A stretch of 64,000 nucleotides of DNA, from assembly GCF_009914755.1 (NCBI RefSeq), contig NC_060931.1; one strand, 5' to 3'. Source of the DNA: the human T2T-CHM13v2.0 reference genome, Homo sapiens. Below are positions 62,170 to 64,000 of this stretch, piece after piece (the first letter of the stretch is position 1; every line of letters starts with the position of its first letter). A program made the position numbers and the translations under genes. The notes under the pieces were generated by a model that was not told where the DNA came from, ran no database searches, and saw only the letters and a list, made by a program, of their open reading frames with translations.

Positions 62170-64000
62170 ATGTACAGTCAATATTATACTGGTAAAATGT
62201 TGAAAACTTCCGATTTGAAATTAAGAATGAAGCTTAGGTGCTGACTATCAATGCTACATCCAATGCCAGTACCATTGTATTTTAGGTACTAGCCATAGCA
62301 GCAAGAAAGAAAACTATGCAAGGTTTGTAAAAGGTGAAAATATGATAATTAGATAAAACTCTCATTATTGATAGATGACATATAGCAATTTTAGAATCAA
62401 TATGTGAATTGAGGAAAGTTGCAAGATACACATTTAACACACAAATTGAACTACATTTATATATTTTGACAATAGTTAGAAATAAATTTAAAATATGCCA
62501 CTTCTAAAGACAGAAAAATATTAACTAAAGTATATGTAAAGAAAGTTGTGCAAGATATCTATTCAATTTTTGTCAAACTAATTTATAAATTAAAGTCAAT
62601 CCAGATGAAGATATTAGTAGGTCTCTATTTACAGAAATAGAAAAGCTATTACAAGATTTGCATGCAAATGCAAAGGACCAAGAAAAGCCTAGACAATCTT
62701 AGTGAAAAAGAACATGATAGGGGAACTTGCTTTACTAAACATCAAGACTTATTAAGCCACGGTAAAGACACTGTGGTTTTGACTACCTAGTTGGCAAATA
62801 CTCCACTGGAATACAGTGGAGAACCCAGAAACAGAGCCACATAAGGATTGACACTTGTCCCTGACTAAGATGGCACATCAGAGCAGTGGCAAAGGCTGTT
62901 CTCTTCAATACATGATATAGGGTCCACTGGATATCAATGTGGAGAAAAATGAGCTTGACTTCTAGATCATATCACAGAAGACTGTATTTCAGGTGCTTTT
63001 GAAATCAATGTAGGAAAAGTAATATCATCAAGTTTAAAGATATAAATTAATATTTACTTGATGTATGTATTTTGTAAACAGGACAGCAAAACATCAACAG
63101 TGAAATAAAATATTAATAAATTACACTTTATTAAAATAAAACATTCTTTATCAAGAAACATCACCAAGTAGGTGAAAATGAGAGCAGTCAAGTTATTTCT
63201 AACAGATATAAGCAATCACCTCCAAATTATTATACCAACTGATGTCCCCAAGAGCAAGCACTGTTCAGTAGCCATTAACCAGTTAGAAAATCTTTGTGAA
63301 CTTGGGCTAGAGAAAAATTTCTTACATCTGACACAAAAAGCGTAACAATAAAGACATGATACGTGAATTGTATCAAAATTGAAAACTTTCGCTCTTCAAA
63401 AGATGCTACTAAAAAAGAAAAAAAGTAAGCCATAGAAAAGGAGAAAATATTTGCAAAGTATATGTGATAAAAAAAGAACTCTTCTTCACAACTCCATAAT
63501 AATTCCAGTGAAATATAAACAAAATTTTGAGCAAACACCTTACAAAATAAGATATGTGAAAATTCAATAAGTACATGAACAGAAGCTCCACATTGTGACT
63601 CATCAAAGATTCAAATTAAAAACACAGTGAGTTCCGCTGCACACTCAGTAGTATGACTACATTTAAAAGATTAGCAATATCTTGTGTTGGTGAGGACATT
63701 ATTATGGTGAGGTTAGAAACATTATGCTAGAGAATGAAGCCAAACACAAAAGAAGGCAGGTTGTTTGATTTCTCTTCTATGAAATTTTAGAAAAAGCAAA
63801 TCTATTCTCTAGTGCCGGAAAACAGAACAATGATTAATTGGAAGTTGGTGGGGTGTGTACTGACTGGGAAAGGGCACAAGGGTAGTTGTTGGAATGATGA
63901 AAATATTCTGTATCCTGATTGTAGCAGTGACTCATGTATTTCTTAAAACTTATTGAACTGTAGATACACTTAAAATTAATTATAAACAGATTATATTTAT
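62170..64000 (+). mobile_element. Ancient L1 (L1ME/L1MB-type) ORF2 and 3'UTR
   Basis: ORF2-like 'atgcaaaggaccaaga..agcctagacaatctt..aaaagaac'; 3'UTR 'gaagccaaacacaaaaga...ggaatgatgaaaatattctgtatc.tgattg...tacacttaaa'. Confidence 0.75.

Overview
This window reads as primate (human-like) non-coding genomic DNA, either intergenic or deep intronic. It is AT-rich, CpG-depleted and largely transposable-element derived. I find no supportable host protein-coding exon, rRNA/tRNA gene, CpG island or CRISPR array; the ORFs in the track are decayed L1, THE1, ERV or Alu frames, or chance ORFs. Main content: the 3' part of an ERV1 provirus (MER61-like) carrying an L1PA insertion; a complete THE1C provirus nested in an AluJ; solo LTRs (MER4, THE1B x2, MSTB, LTR1, LTR18-like, MLT1s); young and old L1 fragments; Alus, L2 and MIR; DNA-transposon MITEs; and simple repeats, including a ~0.9 kb degenerate pentamer array. 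I do not see a new biological system. The best second-look items are several locally templated duplication/inversion patches that resemble break-repair scars (one copies 39 bp from 1.1 kb away), nested target-site duplications (TSDs) that order insertions, a MITE whose arms look homogenised, and intact DUX4-type motifs in two THE1 LTRs. Repeat subfamily names come from recalled consensus sequences and need RepeatMasker/Dfam confirmation.
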